Origin: Chloroflexota bacterium
GTDB lineage: Bacteria > Chloroflexota > UBA11872 > VXNJ01
Assembly: GCA_965249595.1 (NCBI GenBank)
Contig: OZ252242.1
Location: 1,718,158 to 1,782,157, forward strand
Reading direction: 5' to 3'
Length of the DNA stretch: 64,000 bases
The notes under the pieces are model-generated. The model had not been told where the DNA came from. It saw nothing but the letters and a program-made list of their open reading frames with translations, and did no database searches. The position numbers were made by a program, and so were the translations under genes. Shown here piece after piece: positions 9,858-20,147 of the stretch. Within the stretch, counting starts at the first letter, position 1. Every line of letters begins with the position of its first letter.

Positions 9858-11222
9858 TCACATTGATCGAAGTGCATCCTGGGCGGCCGCGATCGTCTTT
9901 TCGATGTCCGCGTCGGTGTGAGTGGAAGCTAGATGCCACCGACCGTTGGATGAAATGCGGATACCGCGATCGAGCATCCCTACACGAAATTTCTGGTACT
10001 TGTCTTCGTCGCAGTAGCGAACGTGCTCACGATAGTCGCTAATTTCCGCGCGGTCTGTAAACGCCGTTGCGAAGACCGAACCGAGTCCATTTACTCTCAG
10101 ATCACTCTCGGATTTCTCGGCGACGTTCCGGAGGCCGGCGATCAGTTTCTCACCGCGCCTGTTCAGTTCGCCATAGAAGCGATCACTATCAGCCATGATG
10201 TGGCTGAGCGAAGCGTGCGCGGCTTCAACGGACGCAACGTTCGAGTTAAAACTTCCGCCATGGTTTACTTTTCCATCTCCCAGCACCTGCATCACGTCAG
10301 GACGGCCGAGCAGCATGGCGATCGGAAACCCACCAGCTAAGGATTTTGCATAAGTCGCAAGGTCCGGAACCACACCGGTCAGCTCCTGGGCGCCACCGAG
10401 TGCCACGCGGAAGCCGGTGATGACTTCATCAAATATCAGGAGGGCGCTATTTTTGTCACAAAGATCCTTGGCGGCCTCAAGATAGCCTTCGCGGGCCGCG
10501 ATGAAGTTCGTATTGATGAGTATTGGCTCCATGATGACACCGGAGATTTGGTCTGGATGTCGCCTGAAGGCACCTGCGAGCGAATCAATGTCGTTCCATT
10601 GGCAGAGGACGATGTTCTCCCTGCCGGCAGGATCCATACCCTCGGACTCGCCAAAAGGCACGGGTGCATCCGCCGGTCCCGCTTGATCTAGAGGCGGGTG
10701 AAAGCTGTAACTAACGGAATCAGTCCAGCCGTGATAATGACCCTCGAACTTGATGAACTTTGGCCGTCCGGTATATCCGCGTGCCAGGCGGATGACGAGT
10801 TGGTCGATTTCAGTTCCCGAGCTGGCGAAACGCACATTCCCTTTCAGCGGAACCGCGTTCCGAACCATTCGCGAGACCTCCAATTCCCGCTCGAACTGGC
10901 CGGTATAGACAAGACCGCTGCGGATCGCTTTGGCCACCGCATCGTTTAAGAAATCGGGGGCGTGACCAAAAAGATTAGGTCCCATACCCTGTACGTAATC
11001 GACGTATTCGTTGCCGTCTACATCCCACATGCGGCCGTGTTTGGCTTTAGCGAAGAAAAGCGGAACCGGGTGCTCGTTTTGCCGAAGCTGACTGGAGATA
11101 CCGCCAGCGATTAGGCCTTGGGCGTCTCGGAACAATTGCCGGGAACGAGCGTATCGGTCTAGCTTCATGGAATCGCCTGGCCCCTCTTTCCGATTGACGC
11201 TCCATTTGGATGGTATCCGCAC
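9858..11222 (-). CDS. Class-III (PLP) aminotransferase, glutamate-1-semialdehyde aminomutase-like; likely start at ATG 11168
   Basis: FDEVITGFRVALGGAQ...TYAKSLAGGFPIAMLLG with the PLP-lysine region typical of class III. Confidence 0.8.
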   Translation of the reverse strand: MRIPSKWSVNRKEGPGDSMKLDRYARSRQLFRDAQGLIAGGISSQLRQNEHPVPLFFAKAKHGRMWDVDGNEYVDYVQGMGPNLFGHAPDFLNDAVAKAIRSGLVYTGQFERELEVSRMVRNAVPLKGNVRFASSGTEIDQLVIRLARGYTGRPKFIKFEGHYHGWTDSVSYSFHPPLDQAGPADAPVPFGESEGMDPAGRENIVLCQWNDIDSLAGAFRRHPDQISGVIMEPILINTNFIAAREGYLEAAKDLCDKNSALLIFDEVITGFRVALGGAQELTGVVPDLATYAKSLAGGFPIAMLLGRPDVMQVLGDGKVNHGGSFNSNVASVEAAHASLSHIMADSDRFYGELNRRGEKLIAGLRNVAEKSESDLRVNGLGSVFATAFTDRAEISDYREHVRYCDEDKYQKFRVGMLDRGIRISSNGRWHLASTHTDADIEKTIAAAQDALRSM

Positions 11223-11560
11223 GGTTTAAACGACGTGGCGCTCAATTGCCATCAGTTGGGATTGACGGTACCGGGTAATCGATCACGTATGGGTCGATAA
11301 CTTCCCTGCATTCCGTAGGTCATCGCAACGGACTATTGCCCGTTCGGACACGTCAGTTGCTGCGTCGTTAGGAATCGCAATTGGTGGCAGACTACACATT
11401 CATTGATGTTCGTCGGCGTGTCCGTATTTGAACCGATAGCGGCCAGCCGATTTCCACTTGTACTTCCGTTACGCCCATCGGATAGCAGCCCGGGCGCGCA
11501 AACAAACAGCCTGGGCGGGAGATGAATCGAGCCCGATCGGTGAACCAGGGCAAAGGGAAT

Positions 11561-13090
11561 CTACGGCGCGGGGTTGTATTTGGCGTCCGGCTCAAACGGG
11601 TAAAGGGGCCGACGACGACGACGATAAGTAAATGTGGATAAGTCGGCAGTCGTAACGCCGGGCGTACCGACCAAGATGATGCGTGAAGCTATCGGCTCAT
11701 AGGCGGGCCGGGGAGAGACAACGCCTTTGGCGACCACCACCCGATATCGTTCCGGCCAAACACCAACCGAATACATCTGCTGCCGCGAGGTGTTGCCATC
11801 CCGATTGCTCGTGAGGACCAGCGTGTGGTCATCGTCGGTCTCCAACACGGCGGTCGCACCGGCAGCAAAGAATCGATATCCGCCGTGCGTGGGACCGGTG
11901 TCCTCGTATTTGCCGTCCGCAAGCCTGACTACTCGGCCTTCCACGCGAATCGGTGTGCCGTGCATGTTGTCCGTCTTGGCGCCAACCAGAATATTCAGCG
12001 AACTGCCGATGCCAACTTCGACGCACTTTTGTACGGCTCCTGGGTCATAGAGGGTTTGCAGCAAACGGGGCATGCGCATCTGCTGCGCTTCGCGAAGAAT
12101 TACGGTTGAATCGGCCGATGACCCGCCGCCGATGTTGTCTCCGACATCCATCAGGACCACTGGCCCGTTCGTTGGATTGGCATCGTAGTGTTCAATCGCC
12201 AGTTCGAGCGCTTCTCTCGCACTTGGGACCTGCGAGTCCATTTCTGCTCGGCCCGCCCAAGCACGCTGCGCCATCCATTGGGACCGGCAGCGCGCCAAGC
12301 CGAGGTTCCCGTCGGCGACGACCAGGAATGACATGCCCATCTCTTGTACATCGGCGTAGGGATAACCCTCGGCAATCGAAGTGGAAAGAATCCCGGGCTC
12401 TGATTGGATTCGCAGCGAGTCAGCCGCAAGAGACTTCATTGGCTCTTCGCCGGTGAACTGTTTGACGATGTTGATTACCATCGGTGGCACTTCGAGCCAC
12501 TGCTTTGGAGCAATCTCGCCTTTTGCAGTACGAAAGATCAACTCGGCGCATTCGAATGCGCGCTGGCGGGCGTCCAAATGGGGATTGGTGCGGTAAATCG
12601 TTGCAACGGTCGAATGGTTGACCATTTCCCGGGAGAAATTGCCGTGCATATCCATTGCCATTCCGATCGGCACTGATGGGCCGACCAATTCCCGCACTCG
12701 CTTGGCTACCTCACCGTCGACATCCGGATATTCCTCAGAGACCGCGGCGCCATGGTTGGCCAGGAGTACACCATCCCAAGGCCCGTTATCCTGCAGAAGG
12801 CCGATCATTTCGCCGACGATCTGATCGAATGCTTCCTTGGTGATGATGCCGATGGGGCCGGCGCGGGCGTGGATCAGCGGAACAGCGTCAAATCCAATTT
12901 CATGGGACGCCTGTAGGAAACCTGCCACGCTGGCCTGGGAGCCTCCGAAGACTTCGATGATTTCGTCGCCGCGCAGTACCCCTTCTTCCTCGAATCTGGC
13001 GTAATCGGCGGGCACCGAAGAGAAGGTATTGGTCTCGTGCGAAATTCCGAGAACGGCGAATCTCATCTGGCGCCTAATCCGTGGCAGCAC
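11561..13090 (-). CDS. M81-family metallopeptidase / MlrC-like (microcystinase C family); likely start 13066
   Basis: N-terminal RFAVLGISHETNTFS is the MlrC N-domain signature. Confidence 0.75.
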   Translation of the reverse strand: MLPRIRRQMRFAVLGISHETNTFSSVPADYARFEEEGVLRGDEIIEVFGGSQASVAGFLQASHEIGFDAVPLIHARAGPIGIITKEAFDQIVGEMIGLLQDNGPWDGVLLANHGAAVSEEYPDVDGEVAKRVRELVGPSVPIGMAMDMHGNFSREMVNHSTVATIYRTNPHLDARQRAFECAELIFRTAKGEIAPKQWLEVPPMVINIVKQFTGEEPMKSLAADSLRIQSEPGILSTSIAEGYPYADVQEMGMSFLVVADGNLGLARCRSQWMAQRAWAGRAEMDSQVPSAREALELAIEHYDANPTNGPVVLMDVGDNIGGGSSADSTVILREAQQMRMPRLLQTLYDPGAVQKCVEVGIGSSLNILVGAKTDNMHGTPIRVEGRVVRLADGKYEDTGPTHGGYRFFAAGATAVLETDDDHTLVLTSNRDGNTSRQQMYSVGVWPERYRVVVAKGVVSPRPAYEPIASRIILVGTPGVTTADLSTFTYRRRRRPLYPFEPDAKYNPAP

Positions 13091-13249
13091 TGGCAGGGAT
13101 AGTGGTTACCGCGGATCGGTAACCTATTGGCGTGATTGCGATCAAATTGCACTATCTTTTCTGTATGCCTAGCACCACCGGCGACCATTCCGCCGTTTCC
13201 CGAACGGCAGGACATGGGTTTGCCCGGAGGCAATGGTCTAACTTCCAAT

Positions 13250-14845
13250 TCATTGTGCGTGGTTGAGCGTGGCGGTGTAGGTTCCGACATTGCCGGCGCT
13301 GTCATACGGGGTTCCAACTTCCATGTAGTACAACCCGGCCGGGAACTGATCCAATAGCAACTCCTGCGGTCCATTGCGGGCGTAGGCGAACAGATGCCCG
13401 TTGACATCCCAGACAAACCAGATGCCGACCCCGCTCGGGCCGTCGCGCACCGTCAGCTCGTAGAGCCCCTCATCTTCAATCTCGAATCGGAATACGTCGC
13501 GATCGTCTAGCATCTCGATGCCGCGGCGCGGACGCAGGGCGTTGTCGCCGCTGCCATAGAAGGGAGCCCAATCCCAGGGGTTCAGTCCCGGATCGTGGGG
13601 AGAAACATCCGAGTCGATATAGGCCTCGATCGATTGGCCGGGGCGCAGCGTGACCCCGCGATCGGTCCGATAGTCGTCGGCGTGGTCATCAAGCCTGATC
13701 GAGAGGGTGTAGTGTCCGGTCCCCCAACGGTCCTGATTCCCGGTTCCGACGGCAATCGCAAAACGTCCGTCGGCATCTGGCACAAAGAAGGCGCGGGCAA
13801 AGTTGTTGATGAATCCGCCGTAGTCGTGTTCCTTGAGAACTCTCTCTCCCTGCGCATTTACGATTTCCAGGATGCTCGGGTCGATCAGGTGGTCATCCAC
13901 GAACGCTACCCCGGCGCCGGGTCTGTGCTCTTCGACATCTTCAAATGCCATCCGCGAAACCAGCTCGATGATGTACGGCTGGCCGCCTTCGGCGCTAAAG
14001 ACGAACCAGTCCCGACCGCCGTCCTGGGCTGTCAGTTCGCCGTGCACGCGATTGGCAACACCCACCGAAATTGGGTCTATCGGCTCGACTCGGAAGATGC
14101 CCGAAAGGGCATAGAAGGGCGCCTGAGCGTCCCAGCGCAGACTTCGGCCCGAATCGAACTCGGCGCCGATTCCCGGCATCCCCACCCGAACATTAGTGCC
14201 GCCATCGACGTCGGCACCACCAAGCGGGAGAGGGGCGGAGGCACCATTTACTCGCGTCCCGGTGAAGATCTTGTCATCCTTTGAGAAGTCCAATTCCCGG
14301 CCGTCGCGCTTACGGCCGGGGTCGTAATGGTCCCAGCTGCTGTCGTAGAGGTCGCTGTTGTCATCGGCGACCTTGGGTCCCAGCAACCAATAGATGGGGA
14401 CTCCTGGACCATCGACGGCCGGATCGGTCGCGGTATTGGTCCGGGCGCTTACATCCTCGGTGCTGCCGAGCGCTCGAAAATGCCGCTTGTGTTCGAGCAG
14501 GTCGGAATGCCCGGCCGCAGCTTCGCCCATAACAAACGAGTTGTAATCGTCTATCTCATAAGCCATTGCATCGCGCGTTTCCGAAGTAACAAACAGCAGC
14601 CGAAATGAATCGCCGGGTCCGAGTTCCTCGGGAATGAGGCTCCAATTCCAGGGGACTAGGATCGCCTGATTAGGAGGCATCGGCGGCAAGCCACTACCAG
14701 GTTCCTGGGCATAAGCGGGACCCTTCGGCAGACTCAGCGCCAGCGCCAATCCGCAGAAAGCAGCTACAAAGGTGCGACCTCGGCGCCGCTTTGGCCGGGC
14801 CTGCGGACGAATTTTGAAAATTGACCCTGTTCCCTGCATCGCCAT
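13250..14845 (-). CDS. Secreted protein with two pre-peptidase C-terminal (PPC)-like domains
   Basis: N-terminal signal peptide (RRRGRTFVAAFCGLALALSLPKGPAYAQE). Two D(W/V)F.F..E..G.Y.(I/L).(L/V) PPC-like segments. Confidence 0.55.
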   Translation of the reverse strand: MAMQGTGSIFKIRPQARPKRRRGRTFVAAFCGLALALSLPKGPAYAQEPGSGLPPMPPNQAILVPWNWSLIPEELGPGDSFRLLFVTSETRDAMAYEIDDYNSFVMGEAAAGHSDLLEHKRHFRALGSTEDVSARTNTATDPAVDGPGVPIYWLLGPKVADDNSDLYDSSWDHYDPGRKRDGRELDFSKDDKIFTGTRVNGASAPLPLGGADVDGGTNVRVGMPGIGAEFDSGRSLRWDAQAPFYALSGIFRVEPIDPISVGVANRVHGELTAQDGGRDWFVFSAEGGQPYIIELVSRMAFEDVEEHRPGAGVAFVDDHLIDPSILEIVNAQGERVLKEHDYGGFINNFARAFFVPDADGRFAIAVGTGNQDRWGTGHYTLSIRLDDHADDYRTDRGVTLRPGQSIEAYIDSDVSPHDPGLNPWDWAPFYGSGDNALRPRRGIEMLDDRDVFRFEIEDEGLYELTVRDGPSGVGIWFVWDVNGHLFAYARNGPQELLLDQFPAGLYYMEVGTPYDSAGNVGTYTATLNHAQ

Positions 14846-15034
14846 ACCTCATCCCTGGCCTCAACATTTATTGATACGACATGCGGCCGCGAGCGGATTC
14901 GGAGGACTGAGCGATCAGCATTTGTACGCGGGCGCACTAGGATAGACCGTTTCTCGCTGCGGTTTTGAGGCCGGTTGATTGGTCGATAGACTGTCGGCAA
15001 CTTGACTGCGAACGTGAGTAATGAGGGGACCGCC

Positions 15035-16144
15035 ATGGCCGAACGCCGCACCGGATGGGTCTACCACGAGTCCTACCTGTGGCACGACACCGGCCGATGG
15101 CGCGGCGGTAGCCCTGAGTTGCGGGATTGGATCGAGGCCTGGGAGAGCTACGAGAACCCCGATACTAAGCGCCGCTTCAACAACCTACTCGAACTTTCGG
15201 GGTTTTCAGAACAACTGGTCCCGCTCAAACCGTGTCCAGCCACCCTTGAGCAGGTGCGGCGCTTCCACACTCCCGCCTACGTCGAAAGAATCCAAAAGCT
15301 CTCGGCCTCCGACGGTGGTGATGCCGGCCCGGGTGCGTCGTTCTCGCGCGGCGGCTTTGAGATCGCGTTGCTTTCCGCCGGTGGCACGATAGCGGCAGTA
15401 GACGCGGTGCTCGATGGCTCAGTTGACAACGCCTACGCGCTGGTTCGGCCCCCGGGCCATCATGCCGAGCGTGATCGCGGGATGGGGTTCTGCGTTTTTG
15501 GCAACGTCGCGATCGCAGCGATGCATGCGATTAAAGAGCGCGGAATCGGCAGGGTGGCAACCGTCGACTGGGATGTGCATCACGGCAACGGTACGCAACA
15601 GGCTTTCTACGACCGCAGCGATGTGCTCACGATTTCGATCCATCAGGACCGGTGCTTTCCGCCCGACAGCGGCCCGATGGAAGATCGTGGCGAAGGCGCG
15701 GGCGATGGTTACAACATCAACATTCCTTTGCCACCGGGCAGTGGTCATGGAGCCTACGTGGAGACCATTCGCCAGGTGGTGGTCCCGGCGTTGCAGGCAT
15801 TTGAGCCGGACCTGATCATCGTTCCATCCGGCTTCGACGCCAGCAACTTCGATCCGCTGGCGCGGATGATGGCCCACTCGGGAACCTATCGGGAAATGAC
15901 GCGATTGCTTCTGGAGGCAGCTGATGAGCTCTGCTCGGGTCGACTGGTGCTGAGTCATGAAGGCGGCTACAGCCCGATTTACGTACCGTTCTGCGGCCTC
16001 GCCGTCGTGGAGGAGCTGCGCGGCAAGAGGTCAATCGCCGGCGATCCGTATGAAGACAATCTCGCGGTGGCGGGTGGACAGGATCTGCAACCCCACCAGC
16101 AGGCAGTGCTTGGCGAGGCGAAGCTGCTGTTGGACCGACTCTAG
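15035..16144 (+). CDS. Histone deacetylase-family (acetoin utilisation AcuC / acetylpolyamine amidohydrolase-like) enzyme
   Basis: RPPGHHAE, DWDVHHGNGTQ and GFDASNFDPL zinc/active-site motifs. ATG 15035 preceded by GAGGGG SD. Confidence 0.85.
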   Translation: MAERRTGWVYHESYLWHDTGRWRGGSPELRDWIEAWESYENPDTKRRFNNLLELSGFSEQLVPLKPCPATLEQVRRFHTPAYVERIQKLSASDGGDAGPGASFSRGGFEIALLSAGGTIAAVDAVLDGSVDNAYALVRPPGHHAERDRGMGFCVFGNVAIAAMHAIKERGIGRVATVDWDVHHGNGTQQAFYDRSDVLTISIHQDRCFPPDSGPMEDRGEGAGDGYNINIPLPPGSGHGAYVETIRQVVVPALQAFEPDLIIVPSGFDASNFDPLARMMAHSGTYREMTRLLLEAADELCSGRLVLSHEGGYSPIYVPFCGLAVVEELRGKRSIAGDPYEDNLAVAGGQDLQPHQQAVLGEAKLLLDRL

Positions 16145-16264
16145 AAGTTGTAGGGCCTAAAGGCAACGCCCAACTCGCGTATCGGCGTTTGCCCAATCGG
16201 GATTACGGGATTATTTTCTTTGGCCGCAAGCCCTGCTTTGGCCAGGCCCCTGCCTGGCGCCGGG

Positions 16265-17266
16265 TCAAAATCCAAGCGCAACGACCCTGGCACATGCCTC
16301 TTCGACCATTCCGGGTATGGCTTGCTGGCGCCCGAGATCCGGGCGCTCCCACGTCCAGCCGATCGACATCAGGAGACGGATCAGCAGGAATAGCGGAATC
16401 AGGGAGAGTGCCTCGTCGCTGATCGGTCGTTCGGAACGGTATCCGGTGATCAGCGCATGAGTGAGCTCATGAAAAAACGGTTCATCCTCCACGTCATAGA
16501 GGGCCACGGCCAACTCAAATTGATGCCAGCCAAACCCGGCATCATCAAAGTCAATCACGTGTAGGGCGCCCGATTCGGCGATCACGATGTTTTTCGGGTG
16601 TAAATCGGCGTGAATCATTGAGAAGGTGTCGGGGCTTTGGCCGTAATCGCCAAGGATCTTCGCAATCCGATCGCGGGCGCGAATCATGATTTCTTTCTGC
16701 TCCGGCCGCGCCGACGGCACTTCCCAGAATCGACCCCAGTACGGGGCATCGCCAACGTACCCGGGCATATCGAAAGCATGACGGGTGAATCCGGGTGGCG
16801 GCTTCCACCCGCTGGACTGATTGTGTATCCGGCCGGCGATACGACCGATCTGTTCGAAGCTGGCCGCAATCCGCTTGAGATCGGATTCGTGCGCGATTTT
16901 TCGGCCCAGGATGGGGCCCTCGACCCAATCCACCAATCCGACGGCGCGCGAGGACTTCCCGTCGGGCGTTGGGATAGTGGCGTGACTGTCCCCGCTCAAG
17001 GTCCGCCGACCGACCGGGACCCGGATTCCGGCGTCGTTGAGCGCCTGCGTCCAGATGAGTTCTGATTCCAGTTCGGCCAGGGTGTGATAACCCGGTCGAT
17101 GGACCCGCAGCGAGTGGGCCCGCCCGGCGGGCTCGACCAGCCGAAAGGTACAGTTCTCAGCGTTGGAGATAAATTCAAGCCGGCCCGCTTTTATGCCCCA
17201 GTTGGGAAGAGCCCGCTCGGCGATTGCGCGCAGTTCTGCTTCGCTGAGATTGGTTGGTTGAGGCAA
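16265..17266 (-). CDS. APH-fold small-molecule kinase (homoserine kinase II / hydroxylysine-kinase-like phosphotransferase)
   Basis: Brenner motif IHADLHPKNIV and HVIDFDDAG. Confidence 0.75.
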   Translation of the reverse strand: MPQPTNLSEAELRAIAERALPNWGIKAGRLEFISNAENCTFRLVEPAGRAHSLRVHRPGYHTLAELESELIWTQALNDAGIRVPVGRRTLSGDSHATIPTPDGKSSRAVGLVDWVEGPILGRKIAHESDLKRIAASFEQIGRIAGRIHNQSSGWKPPPGFTRHAFDMPGYVGDAPYWGRFWEVPSARPEQKEIMIRARDRIAKILGDYGQSPDTFSMIHADLHPKNIVIAESGALHVIDFDDAGFGWHQFELAVALYDVEDEPFFHELTHALITGYRSERPISDEALSLIPLFLLIRLLMSIGWTWERPDLGRQQAIPGMVEEACARVVALGF

Positions 17267-17270
17267 ATAT

Positions 17271-18554
17271 CTAGGCCGGGATGCTCACGACCGACGCGAA
17301 TGCCTCCAGGAACAGATCGGCGTGTTCGCGCTTAAAAACCAGCGGCGGGCGAACTTTGAGCACGTTGCCGTGCTGCCCTGCCTTGCCCATCAGGAAACCG
17401 GCCTGCCGCAGCCTGTTCATGATCACTTCAGCCCCGTCTGGATCGGGCCCTCTACTGGCTCGATCCTTAACCCATTCAATGCCTATGAAAAGTCCGTGGC
17501 CCCGCACCTCGGCGATGGGTTCACAGCTTTGGCCGATCTCCTGCAGTTGATCTCGAAGGTACGATCCGACGGTCGCGACACTGTCGATCAGGTTTTCCCT
17601 TTCAATCACATCGATGACGGCTTGCCCCACGGCGGCTTGCAACGGGCTTGAAGCGAAGGTGTTGAAGTAACGCGTGCTGGAGCGAAAAGCGCCGACCAGC
17701 TCGGCCGATGCCACAACGCCGGCCAGCGGCAGGCCGTTGCCCATCGGTTTACCCAGCACGGCGATGTCGGGCACGAACCCGGAAGTCTCGTAACCCCACC
17801 AGCGGCCGGTGCGCGCGAAACCCGCCTGTACCTCGTCGCATATGAAAAGCCCGCCCGCGGCCCGCACCATCTGCGCCGCCCGGGCCATGAATCCCGGCGG
17901 AATATCGGGAAGCCCCTCGTTGGCCAGGATCGGGCAGAAAAGCACACCGGCAAATGGTATGCCGTCTGCGGCAAATCCATCGATCTTGTCCTGCAGCTGG
18001 CGAAGGTACGCCGCGGTGAGGGCGTCGCCATTTAGGCCCTCCTCGATCGGGCGATAGCTCTGCGGCATCGGGATCGAGCGGACCTCTTCAGAATCCTGGC
18101 CATGGACCCGGGTCAGCTTTCGCACCTCGGTCGAGTTGCCGTGATAGGCCGAGTCGGAGCAGATCAGACCACGCCCGCCGGTCGCGGCGCGGGCCATTTG
18201 GATGGCGACTTCATTGGCTTCCGTGCCGCTGCAAGTAAATACCGCAGTAGTGATCGAATCGGCGTGCAGGCCGGTGAGCCTCTCGGCATAGTCGAGGATC
18301 CCCTCGTGCAGATAGCGCGAGTGGACGTTTAGAGTCTCTGTCTGGCGCCGCATCGAATCGACGACATGGGAATTAGCGTGGCCAACGCAGGGCACATTGT
18401 TATATAGATCAAGGTAACGCTGGCCTTCAGCGTCGTAGAGCCAAACGCCCTCACCGCGTACGATGTGCACGGGGTCCTGGTAGAAGGTGGTAATTCCGGT
18501 GCCGAGCAACCGCTCGCGGCGGGCGATGAGTTCGGCAGTGGATAGCTTGCTCAT
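17271..18554 (-). CDS. Class-III aminotransferase-fold enzyme (aminotransferase or AGXT2L-type phospho-lyase)
   Basis: ICDEVQAGFARTGRWW, LGKPMGNGLPLAGV and SGTEANE class-III signatures. Ends 4 nt before the kinase start. Confidence 0.8.
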   Translation of the reverse strand: MSKLSTAELIARRERLLGTGITTFYQDPVHIVRGEGVWLYDAEGQRYLDLYNNVPCVGHANSHVVDSMRRQTETLNVHSRYLHEGILDYAERLTGLHADSITTAVFTCSGTEANEVAIQMARAATGGRGLICSDSAYHGNSTEVRKLTRVHGQDSEEVRSIPMPQSYRPIEEGLNGDALTAAYLRQLQDKIDGFAADGIPFAGVLFCPILANEGLPDIPPGFMARAAQMVRAAGGLFICDEVQAGFARTGRWWGYETSGFVPDIAVLGKPMGNGLPLAGVVASAELVGAFRSSTRYFNTFASSPLQAAVGQAVIDVIERENLIDSVATVGSYLRDQLQEIGQSCEPIAEVRGHGLFIGIEWVKDRASRGPDPDGAEVIMNRLRQAGFLMGKAGQHGNVLKVRPPLVFKREHADLFLEAFASVVSIPA

Positions 18555-18823
18555 GCTGAAATTGTCGGCGAAATGACGGTCTGCGGCAATCGCCGGCTTT
18601 TAGTGCACCGCGTCCTGGAAGCGTTGGTTTCGAAGTTTCATCATTGGGTTTTGGCAGATTCCACACCGGCCAAGCCCGTGCGCCCGAATGAAGGGCGCGG
18701 CAAGCTGACCAGCCGAGTCATCAATGCGGTGTCAACGCGCTGGCACGGCAATCTCTACACACCAGCTCATACTTTCGACGAGGACAGTTGCACGGTGATT
18801 GCATCGTGAAATGAATCCCCAGC

Positions 18824-19018
18824 ATGGCCAATCTTGTAGCCCACTGGCAATTGGCGTCCGGCGATGCCAAACGCTTGGGTAAGTTCCTATCTGACCCGTT
18901 CGTTTGGCCAATCGAAACGCTATCGCATCCCGTGCCCACACACTCAGCGTGGAAGACGACTCACGGCAGCACTTTAGACAAGAAATGTTTCGATAATTTT
19001 CATGCTGGGAAAAATTAG
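18824..19018 (+). pseudogene. Degenerate fragment of a VOC/glyoxalase-domain gene
   Basis: MANLVAHWQLASGDAKRLGKF parallels the N-terminus MANIVVHWELGSRHAEKLGNF of the downstream VOC gene and then diverges. Confidence 0.35.
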
Positions 19019-19054
19019 ACTTGGCGTTATTCGCGACGTGACAGGGGCATCATT

Positions 19055-19816
19055 GTGGCCAATATCGTAGTCCACTGGGAACTTGGTTCTCGGCACGCCG
19101 AAAAGTTGGGAAATTTCTACAAAAGCCTCTTTGGCTGGCGGGTAGAAAAGCAATCGTCGATGGACTATCGGGTCGTTTACACCGGCAACAAGCTGGGAAT
19201 TGACGGCGGCATCGTTCAGATTGACGGAGCAACGCCGCCGTATCTCACGTTCTACGTGATGGTCAATGACCTGCAGGCAACCCTGGATATGGCAGAAATT
19301 CAAGGCGCAAAAGTCGCATTTCCGCCCACTCCAATTGCGAATGTGGGAACGTTTGCCCAGATCAACGATCCGGAAGGTTTTCTAGTCGGGATCATTGAAC
19401 CGCCGCCTGATTGGGACGATCAAGCCGCCGGCCGCGAGCAAGAAGAAGACACCGGAAATCCAGTCCTTCACTGGGAGATAAATTCGGCGAACGCGGCGGA
19501 TCTGCAAGGTTTCTATACAACGCTTTTTGATTGGCGAATTGGCACCGACCTCCCGAACGATTACCCCATGGTGCTCACCGGTGGCGAAGGGGGAATTGGC
19601 GGTGGAATCTGTCAAATTGAGGACGATGGGCCCGCCTCCCTAACTCTTTATGTCGAGGTGGACGATGTCCAGGCCACTCTTGACAAGGCCCAAGGCCTCG
19701 GCGCCAAAGGCGTCGGGGAATTGATGCACGTCCCCGGCATTGGCACCTTCTCCCATATCAGCGATCCCGACGGGCACGTCCTCGGCGTAATGCGGGATGA
19801 ATCGGCCGAAGGCTAG
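19055..19816 (+). CDS. Tandem two-domain VOC (glyoxalase/bleomycin-resistance/dioxygenase) family protein
   Basis: Two internally homologous ~120-aa halves (VHWE..S...L..FY..LF(G/D)WR ... GGI.QI.D...L.YV.V.D(L/V)QATLD.A...GAK). Confidence 0.7.
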   Translation: MANIVVHWELGSRHAEKLGNFYKSLFGWRVEKQSSMDYRVVYTGNKLGIDGGIVQIDGATPPYLTFYVMVNDLQATLDMAEIQGAKVAFPPTPIANVGTFAQINDPEGFLVGIIEPPPDWDDQAAGREQEEDTGNPVLHWEINSANAADLQGFYTTLFDWRIGTDLPNDYPMVLTGGEGGIGGGICQIEDDGPASLTLYVEVDDVQATLDKAQGLGAKGVGELMHVPGIGTFSHISDPDGHVLGVMRDESAEG

Positions 19817-20147
19817 CTTAATAACTTAGATGAAATAACGTCGAAACGGCCGCAATCTGGAGCCGACGAATCGTGTGCCGATAGCCAATTGAGAGTTGTT
19901 GAATTTGCCAGCTGGCGCTGGCAACCTGCGTAGACAGCCGTCGGATGAGTCGATCGCAACCACATTCCAATCGGTCTGGAAGCGTCATCGGAAATCCGCA
20001 ATCATGGGGAGGCGACTCACAACGTGTTCTCTGGTTGTGGCGGACTGCCGCCCTCGCCGAAGATTGGGATAACTTTGGTCGGCGATATTGACTGTTTGAC
20101 ATGAGGCGAATGGACAAACAGACGCCACGGACTGCCTGGCTTGGGCC

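Noticed and set aside
19818-20117. 99-aa minus-strand ORF in the gap between the VOC gene and the acyltransferase gene
   Set aside because: No SD, Arg/Ser-rich low-complexity product, and it overlaps the likely terminator/promoter region.
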